DNA of 64,000 bases, taken from Dehalococcoidia bacterium (lineage in GTDB: Bacteria > Chloroflexota > Dehalococcoidia > SHYD01). Made by a program: the position numbers and the translations under genes. Positions 27,690 through 37,700 of the stretch are shown in pieces. The notes below the pieces were generated by a model. That model was not told where the DNA came from, made no database searches, and saw nothing but the letters and a program-made list of their open reading frames with translations. Positions within the stretch are counted from its first letter, which is position 1. Each line of letters opens with the position of its first letter. The stretch is from positions 858,580 to 922,579 of the forward strand of contig OZ244809.1 of NCBI GenBank assembly GCA_965220215.1, read 5' to 3'.

Positions 27690-28589
27690 ATGACCGCAGA
27701 AATCATCGACGGCAATCGCATCGCAGAGGACGTCCGGGGCGAAGTTAAGGCCCAGGTAGACGCCCTCAAGCAACAGCACGGCCTCACCCCCGGCCTGGCT
27801 GTCGTCCTGGTGGGGGAAAACCCCGCCTCCGTATCCTACGTTCGGGGTAAGGAGCGTGACGGCGTAGAGGTCGGCTTCTTTGCAGAGACGATCCGTCGCC
27901 CCGCAGACATCTCTCAGGACGAGCTCATGGCTCTCGTGCGCGATCTCAACAAGGACAGCCGTTACCACGGGGTGCTGGTGCAGCTGCCACTCCCACCGCA
28001 CATCAACGCGGAAGTGGTGCTGGAGTCCCTAGACCCCCACAAGGATGTGGACGGACTCCACTCCGTCAACGTGGGCCGCCTGCTCAAAGGTGAACCGCGG
28101 CAAGTGCCCTGCACACCCCTGGGCGTCCAGCAGATGCTCCTCCGCACCGGCCACGCGCCGGAGGGCCAGCACGTAGTCATCTGTGGCCGCAGCAATCTGG
28201 TGGGCAAGCCCTTAGCCGCCCTGCTGCTCCAGAAGCAGCCCGGCGCCAATGCCACCGTCACCATATGCCACACCGGCACCCAAGACCTAGCCCGCTACAC
28301 CCGTCAGGCCGACATACTGGTGGCAGCCACTGGCGTCGCGCGGAGCATCGGCGCGGACATGGTGCGCGAGGGCGCGGTGGTGATCGACATAGGCATCAAC
28401 CGCGTGGAGGATGCCAGCACCAAGAGCGGATTCCGCTTAGTGGGTGATGTGGACTATGCAGCCGTGGCGGAGAAAGCCGCTGCCATCACGCCAGTGCCCG
28501 GCGGGGTAGGCCCCATGACGCGCGCGATGCTGCTGGTGAACACACTGCGCGCTGCCGCAGACCAACGGGGCATCACGCTCCCAGAGTAG
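27690..28589 (+). CDS. folD: Bifunctional methylene-THF dehydrogenase / methenyl-THF cyclohydrolase
   Basis: MTAEIIDGNRIAEDVRGEVK...GLAVVLVGENPASVSYVRGKE is a FolD signature. The start is the ATG at 27690. Confidence 0.8.
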   Translation: MTAEIIDGNRIAEDVRGEVKAQVDALKQQHGLTPGLAVVLVGENPASVSYVRGKERDGVEVGFFAETIRRPADISQDELMALVRDLNKDSRYHGVLVQLPLPPHINAEVVLESLDPHKDVDGLHSVNVGRLLKGEPRQVPCTPLGVQQMLLRTGHAPEGQHVVICGRSNLVGKPLAALLLQKQPGANATVTICHTGTQDLARYTRQADILVAATGVARSIGADMVREGAVVIDIGINRVEDASTKSGFRLVGDVDYAAVAEKAAAITPVPGGVGPMTRAMLLVNTLRAAADQRGITLPE

Positions 28590-28590
28590 C

Positions 28591-29307
28591 GTGGCTACAA
28601 CTGGCGTTCAGCCCCAAATCGCTCTTCCCCAACCCCAGCAACGCGGCCGCTTCATCCGCCGGCTGAATCGCTTTGCCGTTGAGGTGGAGCTGGACAAAGG
28701 GGCAGTGCAGGCCCACCTCCCCAACTCCGGCCGCATGACCGAGCTCCTTGTCCCCGGCTACCCAGTAGTACTCGTGGAATGTCCCTCACCAAATCGCAAG
28801 ACCGCTTTCGACATTCTGCTGGTGCAGTACCAGGGCTGCTGGGTGTCCGTAGACTCCCGCCTGCCCTCCGCGCTAGCGTACAAAGCGCTGGAGCAGGGCG
28901 CGCTTCCTGCCTGGGCCGGCTACACGCAGGTGCGCCGCGAGGCCGTCTACGGCGACAGCCGCATCGATCTCGCGCTGCGCAACGGCGACCGGCGCGCGCT
29001 CATCGAAACGAAATCTGTGAACCTGGTGGAGAACGGCGTGGCGCTTTTCCCGGACGCACCGACGACGCGCGGCCAGCGGCATCTCCGCACACTTATGCAG
29101 GCACAGCGCGAGGGCATAGCCGCGGGCGTGCTGTTCGTTATCCAGCGTGAGGACGCCCGCTCTTTCCATCCGCACGACGCCGCCGACCCCGCGTTCGGCC
29201 ACTGGTTGCGGGAAGCGGCCCAAGCCGGCGTGCGAGTAGAGGCCTACCGCTGCCTCGTCACGCCGGAGGCCATGACCCTGAACTCCGCCATCCCCGTCGA
29301 GCTATAA
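28591..29307 (+). CDS. sfsA: Sugar fermentation stimulation protein SfsA family
   Basis: RGRFIRRLNRFAVEVELDKG...NSGRMTEL is an SfsA N-terminus. Confidence 0.65.
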   Translation: MATTGVQPQIALPQPQQRGRFIRRLNRFAVEVELDKGAVQAHLPNSGRMTELLVPGYPVVLVECPSPNRKTAFDILLVQYQGCWVSVDSRLPSALAYKALEQGALPAWAGYTQVRREAVYGDSRIDLALRNGDRRALIETKSVNLVENGVALFPDAPTTRGQRHLRTLMQAQREGIAAGVLFVIQREDARSFHPHDAADPAFGHWLREAAQAGVRVEAYRCLVTPEAMTLNSAIPVEL

Positions 29308-29310
29308 GCG

Positions 29311-29352
29311 TCAAATCCTCTCCCCATCGACGGGGGAGAGCTAGAGTGGGGG
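29311..29352 (+). repeat. Single-unit copy of the hairpin repeat (CTCTCCCCATCGACGGGGGAGAG plus CTAGAGTGGGGGTGAAC)
   Basis: Same core and tail as the 21427-21478 element. It lies between sfsA and the nth-like gene. Confidence 0.55.
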
Positions 29353-29359
29353 TGAACTC

Positions 29360-30043
29360 ATGCCTCAGCAATCCCATAGCCCATCACCCGCTGACGACCT
29401 CCTCGCCCTGCATCAGCGATTGAAGGAGCACTACAACTCCCCCCATTGGTGGCCCGCAGACGGCCCCTTCGAGGTCGTGGTGGGCGCAATCCTGACGCAG
29501 AACACCAACTGGCGCAACGTGGAGAAAGCGTTGGGCAATCTGAAGGCTGCCGGCGCTCTGGACACCGCGGCGCTGCGAGCCATGCCGGAACCTACCCTTG
29601 CTGAGCTGATCCGCCCTTCCGGCTTCTTCACCGTCAAGGCGCGCCGCCTCAAAGCGCTGCTCGAGTGGCTAGGCGAGGACTGGCGGGAGCGGCTGGCTGG
29701 CGACCTGAACGAGGTGCGCGCCGGTCTTTTGAGCGTCAACGGTGTGGGCGAGGAGACCGCAGACGCTATCCTGCTTTACGCTGCCGGTCACCCCACCTTT
29801 GTGATCGATGCATTCACGCGGCGCATCCTCAATCGCGTAGGCATCACGCCGTTGGCGCGGAGCAACGAGGGGTATCGCCGGCTGTTCATGGACAACCTGC
29901 CTCACACGGCATCCCTCTTCAACGAGTTCCACGCCCAGTTCGTGCAACTCGGCAAGGAATACTGCCGCCCGCAGCCGCGCTGTGCCGCTTGCCCGCTGCG
30001 CGATCTCTGCCAAACGGGGAGCCTACTACCCTCCCAAGTTTGA
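29360..30043 (+). CDS. Endonuclease III family HhH-GPD DNA glycosylase with a C-terminal 4Fe-4S cluster loop
   Basis: LTQNTNWRNVEKAL and a C-terminal C..C..C motif (CRPQPRCAACPLRDLC). Confidence 0.65.
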   Translation: MPQQSHSPSPADDLLALHQRLKEHYNSPHWWPADGPFEVVVGAILTQNTNWRNVEKALGNLKAAGALDTAALRAMPEPTLAELIRPSGFFTVKARRLKALLEWLGEDWRERLAGDLNEVRAGLLSVNGVGEETADAILLYAAGHPTFVIDAFTRRILNRVGITPLARSNEGYRRLFMDNLPHTASLFNEFHAQFVQLGKEYCRPQPRCAACPLRDLCQTGSLLPSQV

Positions 30044-30159
30044 CAGCCAGGCACGGCCACTCCTATCATAAGACGGAAGCAACCTAACAAGACCATTGGG
30101 TTAAGATGATGGCTCGCTTGGATCCCCTGGGACCGAGACGGCTCAAGACCTCAGATAGA

Positions 30160-30190
30160 GCAGCGCATGGCCTCACGGATGAGAGGCTGT
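30160..30190 (+). terminator. Possible intrinsic terminator (GCCTC-loop-GAGGC plus TGTTTCTTTTTT) between the nth-like gene and panD
   Basis: Short GC stem with a long U-tract. A -10-like CATAAT element follows at about 30216. Confidence 0.35.
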
Positions 30191-30254
30191 TTCTTTTTTA
30201 GGGAGATTCCCTTCCCATAATAGGCACAGCAACAGGAAGAGAGGAGATGGTACC

Positions 30255-30647
30255 TTGCAACGGACCATGCTCAAGAGCAAAATCCACCGAGCGCACGTCA
30301 CCGACGCTAACCCGCACTACGAGGGCAGCATTACTATCGACGCAGCCCTTATGAAACTGGCCGATATCCTGCCGGACGAGCAGGTCCACGTCCTGGACGT
30401 GGACAACGGACAGCGGCTCCTCACCTACGCCATAGAAGGTCCGCCTAACAGCGGCGTCATCGTAGTCAACGGCGCGGCCGCCCGCCTCATTAGCAAGGGC
30501 GATACCATCATCATTCTGGCCTACGGGAGTTATGACGAAGCCGAGCTTGCCGCCTACTGCCCCCGTCTGGTGTACGTGGACGACCTTAACCGTCCCATCG
30601 CGCGCCCGTTAGCACCCCAGGCGTCCTCCACCGCGCTGGAAGGCTAG
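30255..30647 (+). CDS. panD: Aspartate 1-decarboxylase
   Basis: (M)QRTMLKSKIHRAHVTDANPHYEGSITID matches the PanD N-terminus and pyruvoyl Ser region. TTG start, 8 nt after GAGGAG. Confidence 0.8.
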   Translation: MQRTMLKSKIHRAHVTDANPHYEGSITIDAALMKLADILPDEQVHVLDVDNGQRLLTYAIEGPPNSGVIVVNGAAARLISKGDTIIILAYGSYDEAELAAYCPRLVYVDDLNRPIARPLAPQASSTALEG

Positions 30648-30654
30648 CAGCGCC

Positions 30655-31485
30655 ATGCGCGTTACCGTTACGCAGATAGCGGAGATGAAGCAGCGGGGAG
30701 AGCGTATCCCCATGCTCACCGCATACGATTACCCCACCGCGCGCTTCGTGGACGATGCGGGCGTCCCCCTTATCCTGGTGGGAGATAGCCTCGGCATGGT
30801 AGTGCTGGGCTACGATTCCACCCTCCCTGTGACCATTGACGATATGCTTCACCACACCAAGGCCGTTGTCCGGGGGTCCAAAAACGCCCTGGTCATTACT
30901 GACATGCCCTTTATGACCTACCAGACCAACCAGGAGGACGCCCTCCGCGCCGCGGCGCGGTTCTTGCAGGAGGCGGGCGCACAGGCGGTGAAGATAGAGG
31001 GCGGCGTACGCAGCGCGCCCACGGTGGCGCGGCTGGTGGAAACGGGCATACCGGTGCAGGGTCATATTGGCCTAACGCCGCAGTCTATCAACCAGATGGG
31101 GGGCTACCACGTCCAGGGGCGGAGCGTCCAGACCGCCAAGCAGCTCGTGGCGGACGCGATTGCCCTCGATCAAGCCGGCGCGTTCAGCATCGTGCTGGAG
31201 GCGGTGCCGGCCCAGCTCGCAAAGCTCATCACGGAGCGGGTCAGTGCGCCCACCATCGGCATCGGCGCGGGCCCGCACTGCGACGGCCAAGTGCTGGTGC
31301 TCCACGACATGCTGGGACTCTATCCTGATTTTGTGCCCAGGCATACCAAGCAATATGCCAAAATAGGTGAGCAAATTAAGACCGCCGTAGACGGCTATAT
31401 CCAAGAAGTAAAGGATGGGGTATTCCCTACAGCCAAAGAGAGCTTTACTATAGATGAAGCAGTGCTGCGGGAACTCGCTAATTAA
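30655..31485 (+). CDS. panB: 3-methyl-2-oxobutanoate hydroxymethyltransferase
   Basis: MLTAYDYPTARFVDDAGVPLILVGDSLGMVVLGYDST is a PanB signature. Confidence 0.8.
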   Translation: MRVTVTQIAEMKQRGERIPMLTAYDYPTARFVDDAGVPLILVGDSLGMVVLGYDSTLPVTIDDMLHHTKAVVRGSKNALVITDMPFMTYQTNQEDALRAAARFLQEAGAQAVKIEGGVRSAPTVARLVETGIPVQGHIGLTPQSINQMGGYHVQGRSVQTAKQLVADAIALDQAGAFSIVLEAVPAQLAKLITERVSAPTIGIGAGPHCDGQVLVLHDMLGLYPDFVPRHTKQYAKIGEQIKTAVDGYIQEVKDGVFPTAKESFTIDEAVLRELAN

Positions 31486-31533
31486 GCAACTCTCCCAATC
31501 CCTATAACCGCTTACCCACGAAAAGAGGCCTGT

Positions 31534-33090
31534 TTGACTACCCAGTCTGGTCAAGAACATATACCTGCTGCCAACACAGCAACCGACGTTCCCCAACGGG
31601 TACCCATGGGGGATTTTGCCGCACCCAGGGTGATGAGCACCCAGCATCCCGATAACGCACACCTTCCGCCCTTCTCCGACGAAGAGGTACTGAAAGGGGA
31701 AGGCGAGATTGCTGAAGCCCAGTACGTCTACTCCAACCTTGGCTGCGATGAGCAGATGTGGGACTACGAAGGCAAAGCTGCCGATGTAGACGTCGTCCTC
31801 AAGCTCCTGCTCAAAGACCCGGACTACTATCGCAAGAATATCCTGGGGAAGGACATCTTCCTCACCCTCCGCATTCCCAACCCCACCGTTGAGCATGAGA
31901 TGCGGAAGAAGGTGGAAGAGGCGCTCCACACCATCGTCACCAGCTACGACCTTGCCAGCAGCTTCTATAACGCGCCCATTGCGCCCATATTCCAGGTCAT
32001 CCTGCCCTTTACCGTCTCTGCCGACGAAATGATATGGATAGACTCTTACTACCGAGACGTAGTGGTGGGCAAGCAGGACCACAAGCTCCCCGGCGGCATG
32101 ATGGTCCGTGACTGGCTTGGAGAGTATCGGCCGGAAGCCATTCAGATGATCCCCCTCGTAGAGGACAAGGAGAGCGTCCTCAAGGTGGATCAGATGGTTG
32201 AAAAGTACGTGACGTCCGTTGGCCGTGACATCCCAGGGGTACGCATCTTCCTTGCCCGCAGCGACCCCGCTATGAACTACGGCATGGTCAGCTCCACCCT
32301 GAGCAATAAGGTTGCTTTACAGCGGCTTAACAAGCTAGAGGGCAAACTCGGTATTCCGCTCTGCCCAATGATCGGTGTTGGCGCAGTGCCCTTCCGCGGC
32401 AACTTCCGCCCCGAGCGGGTGAATTCGTTCCTGGAAGAGTATCCCAGCGTGCAGACGTTTACCATCCAGTCATCCTTCAAGTACGACAACGACGTGAACA
32501 CAGTGCGTGACGCCGTCCGCACCCTCCATGCCCACAAGCGCAGCGACCCCACGCCTATCGATGAAGACCGGGCGACCAATCTCATGGACCGTCTTACCGC
32601 AAGCTACCAGGCACGCATCAGCACTATCGCGCCGCTGGTCAATGCTATTGCGCCCTATGTGCCCGCGCGTAGGGACCGCCGGCTACACATCGGGCTCTTC
32701 GGCTACTCTCGCAATGCGGGAGAAGGTCAGGCCAATATCCGGCTGCCCCGCACCATCACCTACTGTGCCGCGCTCTACTCCATCGGCGTGCCACCGGAGA
32801 TTATCGGCTTGGAAGCGCTAACCGAAGACGACCTCGCCTTCCTTAAGGATGTCCACCCCCACTTGGAGGACGATCTGGCCGACGCGCTAACCTACGCCAA
32901 CGAGTCTGCCGTCGAGCATGTGCTGGGCAAAGCAGGCGTAGATGTGATGAAACGCTTCACTCGAGACATTGACCACGAGCATCGCGGCTTCACCAACCTG
33001 CTCTTTCAAAACATCAATGAAAACGTTGACCCTGACAAGACGCGACAGCTTGTCACGTGGGCGGCGCAGACCCGACGGTTCCTGGGATGA
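31534..33090 (+). CDS. ppcA: Archaeal-type phosphoenolpyruvate carboxylase (PEPC type 2)
   Basis: About 518 aa with a PRVMSTQHPDN N-terminal motif. Length and sequence pattern match archaeal-type PpcA rather than the 900-aa bacterial Ppc. Confidence 0.65.
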   Translation: MTTQSGQEHIPAANTATDVPQRVPMGDFAAPRVMSTQHPDNAHLPPFSDEEVLKGEGEIAEAQYVYSNLGCDEQMWDYEGKAADVDVVLKLLLKDPDYYRKNILGKDIFLTLRIPNPTVEHEMRKKVEEALHTIVTSYDLASSFYNAPIAPIFQVILPFTVSADEMIWIDSYYRDVVVGKQDHKLPGGMMVRDWLGEYRPEAIQMIPLVEDKESVLKVDQMVEKYVTSVGRDIPGVRIFLARSDPAMNYGMVSSTLSNKVALQRLNKLEGKLGIPLCPMIGVGAVPFRGNFRPERVNSFLEEYPSVQTFTIQSSFKYDNDVNTVRDAVRTLHAHKRSDPTPIDEDRATNLMDRLTASYQARISTIAPLVNAIAPYVPARRDRRLHIGLFGYSRNAGEGQANIRLPRTITYCAALYSIGVPPEIIGLEALTEDDLAFLKDVHPHLEDDLADALTYANESAVEHVLGKAGVDVMKRFTRDIDHEHRGFTNLLFQNINENVDPDKTRQLVTWAAQTRRFLG

Positions 33091-33377
33091 CCCAGCGCTC
33101 TGACGAAGCGAACGACGCGTCAGTCAGCGCCATCGTCTACGACCGTATAGAGCACGTTCAAGAGGCGTTGATCGCCACGTTCCCAGAGGCTAAGTTCCAC
33201 GTAGAGACCACAGATGACCCCACTATCTGGCACTTTGCCATCTACGCGGAGAATGGGCGGCTCTTCCTGCCCATGGAAGCCACTCAAGAGCTTAACCAGA
33301 TGTGGGTTGAGCACAAGATCAGCGTGATTACCACCATCTATCCAGCTACGGCGTACAAGGAGCACTCACATGGCTGA
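33087..33377 (+). CDS. Hypothetical 96-aa protein, translationally coupled between ppcA and the DUF1015 gene
   Basis: ATGA overlap with the ppcA stop and ATGGCTGA overlap with the DUF1015 start. Codon usage is coding-like. Confidence 0.45.
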   Translation: MTQRSDEANDASVSAIVYDRIEHVQEALIATFPEAKFHVETTDDPTIWHFAIYAENGRLFLPMEATQELNQMWVEHKISVITTIYPATAYKEHSHG

Positions 33378-34704
33378 AGTCCTGCCCTTCCGAGGGCTGC
33401 GCTACAACCAGCAATTGCCGGGGGGACTCAATACGCAGCTTGCGCCACCCTTTGATGTCATTAGCCCAGCGCTCCAGGAGGATCTCTACCAGCGCAGCCC
33501 TCACAACGTCGTGCGGCTAGAGCTCGGCCTCACCAAACCGTCGGACACAGATGCCGATAACCGCTACACCAGGGCGCAGACCCAACTCTACGAGTGGCTC
33601 CAGCAGGAGGTGCTAGTACAGGAAGCCACGCCCGCCTATTACGTGTGCCGCCACCAGTTCCGGCTGGACGGCGCTCAGCACGTCCGCTGGGAGCTGCTGG
33701 CCCAGATTCGCCTCGCACGTTGGGAGGAAGGCGTTGTCCTGCCCCATGAACGCACGCTGCCTGAAGCCAAGACAGACCGGCTACATCTGCTGCGGGCCAC
33801 TGAGACCAATATCAGCCCGGTGTTCTCCCTCTACAGGGACGCAGAGGGCAAATTGGCCTCGCTATTGGAAAGCACCACCGCCGCCGCGCCAATCGCGCAG
33901 GTGGACGAGTGGCACGACGCCTCCTTCACTATCTGGGGCATTACCGACCCTGCCATCCAGCGCAAGGTGCAGGACTTCTTTGCCGCAGGCCAGCTCTACA
34001 TCGCCGACGGCCATCACCGCTACGAGACTGCGCTGAACTACCGTGAAGAGCGCCGTAGCGCCTCTGGCGGCAACGAACAGGCGGGCTACAACTATGTGCT
34101 CATGTCCCTAACCCGCCTAGAAGACCAGGGACTCACCGTGCTGCCCATCCACCGTCTGGTGCGTGCCCAGCCCCAGGAGCGGCTCGACCGCATGATTACC
34201 TCCCTGGCCGACGAGTGGGAGACGGAACGGCTTCCCTTACAGGACGCGTCGCGCGACCTGCCCTACTGCCTTGAGCGGCTGCGCACCCTGGGCGAGCACG
34301 GCCCTGCCTTTGCCGTCTACGGCGCCTCTCCAGGCGAAGCGCTCATCGTCCGCCCGCGTGACCGCGCCTCGCTATTGCGACGGCTTCCGGAGCAGCTGAG
34401 TGACCGCTTGCGAGACCTTGACCTCACTCTGCTCCATCAGATCATCATCCACGGCTACATGGGTATCGGCCAGGAGGCCAATGAGATAGAGGCAACGCTA
34501 AGCTTCACCCATGATGCGCACGAGGCTATCGAAACGGTGCAGCAGGGGACCCGGCAGCTGGCTATCCTGGTGAACCCCACACGCGCGCCGCAGATAGTCG
34601 CCATCGCGGAGGCAGGTGAGACCATGCCCCAAAAGTCCACTTTCTTCTATCCGAAACTACCCACTGGGCTCCTCATGCGACCCGTTGAGAACGCCCTGGA
34701 ATAA
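33370..34704 (+). CDS. DUF1015 family protein
   Basis: MAEVLPFRGLRYN N-terminus and a length of about 444 aa are typical of PF06245. Confidence 0.6.
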   Translation: MAEVLPFRGLRYNQQLPGGLNTQLAPPFDVISPALQEDLYQRSPHNVVRLELGLTKPSDTDADNRYTRAQTQLYEWLQQEVLVQEATPAYYVCRHQFRLDGAQHVRWELLAQIRLARWEEGVVLPHERTLPEAKTDRLHLLRATETNISPVFSLYRDAEGKLASLLESTTAAAPIAQVDEWHDASFTIWGITDPAIQRKVQDFFAAGQLYIADGHHRYETALNYREERRSASGGNEQAGYNYVLMSLTRLEDQGLTVLPIHRLVRAQPQERLDRMITSLADEWETERLPLQDASRDLPYCLERLRTLGEHGPAFAVYGASPGEALIVRPRDRASLLRRLPEQLSDRLRDLDLTLLHQIIIHGYMGIGQEANEIEATLSFTHDAHEAIETVQQGTRQLAILVNPTRAPQIVAIAEAGETMPQKSTFFYPKLPTGLLMRPVENALE

Positions 34705-34722
34705 CCCGCCTCTCAAAAGGAC

Positions 34723-37700
34723 TTGGCACTTCCGCGGCACGCGGCCGATACAGCACCCAGGTGGCGCTGGGGCGCACTAGCCGCCCTACTCTTGGGCGCG
34801 CTGGCTCTACGCCTCTATGGCATCGACTGGGACCAGGGTTACCACTACCACCCTGACGAGCGGTTTCTCCTCCTCTTCAAAGTTCCAGAGATCCAGTGGC
34901 CCAGCGGCGACCTCTGGACGTCACTTCTAGACCCCGCTACCAGCAGCTGGAACCCCCGCTGGTTTGCGTACGGCAGCTTCCCCTTCTACCAGCTCTACTT
35001 TCTCAATCAGCTAGCCCCTGCGCTGCACCCGGACTATGTCCTAGACGACCTGCGCTTTCTGGGCCGCGGCCTCTCTGCGCTCTTCGATGTCAGCGCAATC
35101 TTCCTCACCTACCTGCTGGGCGCGCGGCTCTTTGGTTGGCGGACAGGACTGCTGGCCGCGGCCTTCGGAATGCTGGCGGTCATCCACATCCAGCTCAGCC
35201 ACTTCGCCGCCTTCGACGTGCAGCTCGTCTTCTGGGTGCTCGTCGCCCTCTACGGCGCGGCTCGTGTCATGGAGCGGCCCGACCTCCCCGGCGTGCTTCT
35301 CACAGGCGTCGGCCTCGGCCTGGCCCTGGCCACCAAGACCTCCGTGCTTCCGCTGATCATCCCCATCGCGACCGCGTACCTGCTCTACGGATGCACCGAG
35401 CAATCGTTGCAGCGGCTCCGGCTGAACATAGATCCGGCGCGCGTGCGACGCGCACTCTGGGGGCTCGCAGGCACGGCTGGGGTCGCCGCCCTCCTCTTCG
35501 TCATCGCAATGCCCTACGCGCTCCTGGACTGGGCCACCTTCACCAGGGATGTGCTGGAGCAGTCTGAGATGGCGATGCGCATCCGGGACTACCCTTATAC
35601 CCGCCAGTACGTGGACACCACGCCTTACCTCTACCATATCCAGCAGCTCATCTCCTGGGGGTTCGGCATACCTCTGGGCCTTCTCGCGTGGCTGGGGCTT
35701 GTCCTAGCCTGCCTCCGCGGCCTGCGCAAGCCTCAGGCCGGCGACTTGCTCCTGCTGGCGTGGGTGCTCCCCTACTTCCTCTTTATTGGCGCAACGCCCG
35801 TCAAATATCTGCGCTACCTGCTGCCCATCACACCGGTCTTGCTGCTCCTAGCGGCCCATGTCCTTGTGCTCTGGTGGGAGTCGTCACGCCTGCGGGAGCG
35901 CGCATTATCGCCCGGCGCGCCTAGGCTCAGAACCCCTCGCTTCTACCTCGCGCTCGTGCTCCGTCGCATCTTCTCGCCCGCAGGAGTAACGGTCATCGTC
36001 CTAGCAACTACCGCGTGGTACGCCCTTGCTTTCACCAACATCTACCAAGAGGCGCATCCCGCCACCCGCCTCTCGGAGTGGGTGAATGAGCATGTGCCAA
36101 AGGGCAGTGTGCTCTTGAAGGAGCACTGGGAGGAGGGCATTCCTCGACTAGAGCAATACCAGATCCAAGAGCTCCCCCTGTACGAGCCCGATGATGCCGC
36201 TAAGCTGGGCCAGCTTGTCCATAAGTTGGAGGGCTCTGACTACGTGGTCTTTTTTAGCAACCGCCTTTACGGTACTATCCCCCGCCTGCCGGAGCGCTAT
36301 CCCCTCACCAGCCGCTACTACCGGCTGCTCTTCTCCGGCGACCTGGGGTACCGGCTAGTCCACACCAGCAATGCTGAGGTGAGCTTTCTGGGCGTGACTT
36401 GGCGCAACGACACATTCACCCGTCCAGGCTTGCCACCGCCGGAAGGCATTTCCTACCCGTCCCAGGGTCTGGTGCTGCACATGGGTTACGCCGACGAGAG
36501 CTTCACCGTCTATGACCACCCCATGACCCTTCTGTTCAAGAAGGAGCAGGCGCTGAGCGCTCCGGAGCTAACTGCGCTGCTGCAACCGGCATTGTTTACT
36601 GATACGCCCTCCAGCGTGAGGGAGGGCCCGCTGCTCACACCACAGGATGCGCAGACGCAGCGGGCTGGCGGCACCTGGAGCCACATATTCCAGACAGACT
36701 CGCTTCCCAATCAGCATCCCTGGTTCACCTGGCTGTTAACCATAGAAGTCCTGGGGTTGTTGGCCTTCCCCCTGGCTTTCTGGCTCTTTCAGGCCTTCCC
36801 TGACCGCGGCTTCCTGCTGGCAAAGGGGCTGGGTATCCTGGGGCTGGCTTACGGGTCGTGGCTGCTGGCCAGCCTGCAGTGGCTGCCCTTCACGCGAAGC
36901 ACCATCATGCTGGTGGGCATCCTCCTTGCGCTCATGAGTGTGCTGCTCTTGCTCAAGCAGCGCACCGTCATAGTGCGGCACATTAGGGAACGCTGGCGGC
37001 TCTTGCTGGGTATGGAAGGGCTGTTCCTGCTGGCCTTCATCGTCTTTTATCAGATACGTTTAGCCAACCCCGACCTCTGGCATCCCTGGCTCGGCGGCGA
37101 AAAGCCCATGGACTTTGCCTACCTCAACGCGGTCGTCCGCAGCACCATCATGCCTGCTTACGACCCGTGGTATAGCGGTGGCATGATCAACTACTACTAC
37201 TTCGGCCAGGTGATTGTAGGTACGCTCATTAAACTCACGGGCATCTTGCCGGAGATCGCCTACAACCTGGCTATCCCCACCCTCTTCGCGCTGACGGTGG
37301 GGCACGCTGCTAGCCTGGGCAGCGCGTTGCTGGCCGCCCAACGCGCGTCACTACTCCGAGGTAGAGCGCTGCTTGCCGCAGGCGCGTCGGCAACCGTAGC
37401 CGTCGCGGTAGTGGGCAACCTGGACGGCTTGGTGCAAGTCTTGGAGAACCTCCGCAACGCCAGCGGTCTGGACTTCGTTAGCACCATTCCCGGATTGGAA
37501 GGCGGCGTCAAGGCTGCTGCCGGATTGTGGAACTTCCTCAGCGGCCAGATCGCCCCGGAGCAATTCGACTACTGGCGTAGCCGGAGCCTGGGCGGCATGG
37601 ACCCAGGGTTCATCGATCCTGCGCTACAGGCACCCAGTATCAGCATCACTGAGTTCCCTTTCTTCACCTTTCTCTTTGCCGACCTGCACGCCCACCTTAT

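Noticed and set aside
31072-32082. 336-aa minus-strand ORF spanning panB and ppcA
   Set aside because: It crosses two well-supported plus-strand genes and an intergenic region, and has no domain signal.
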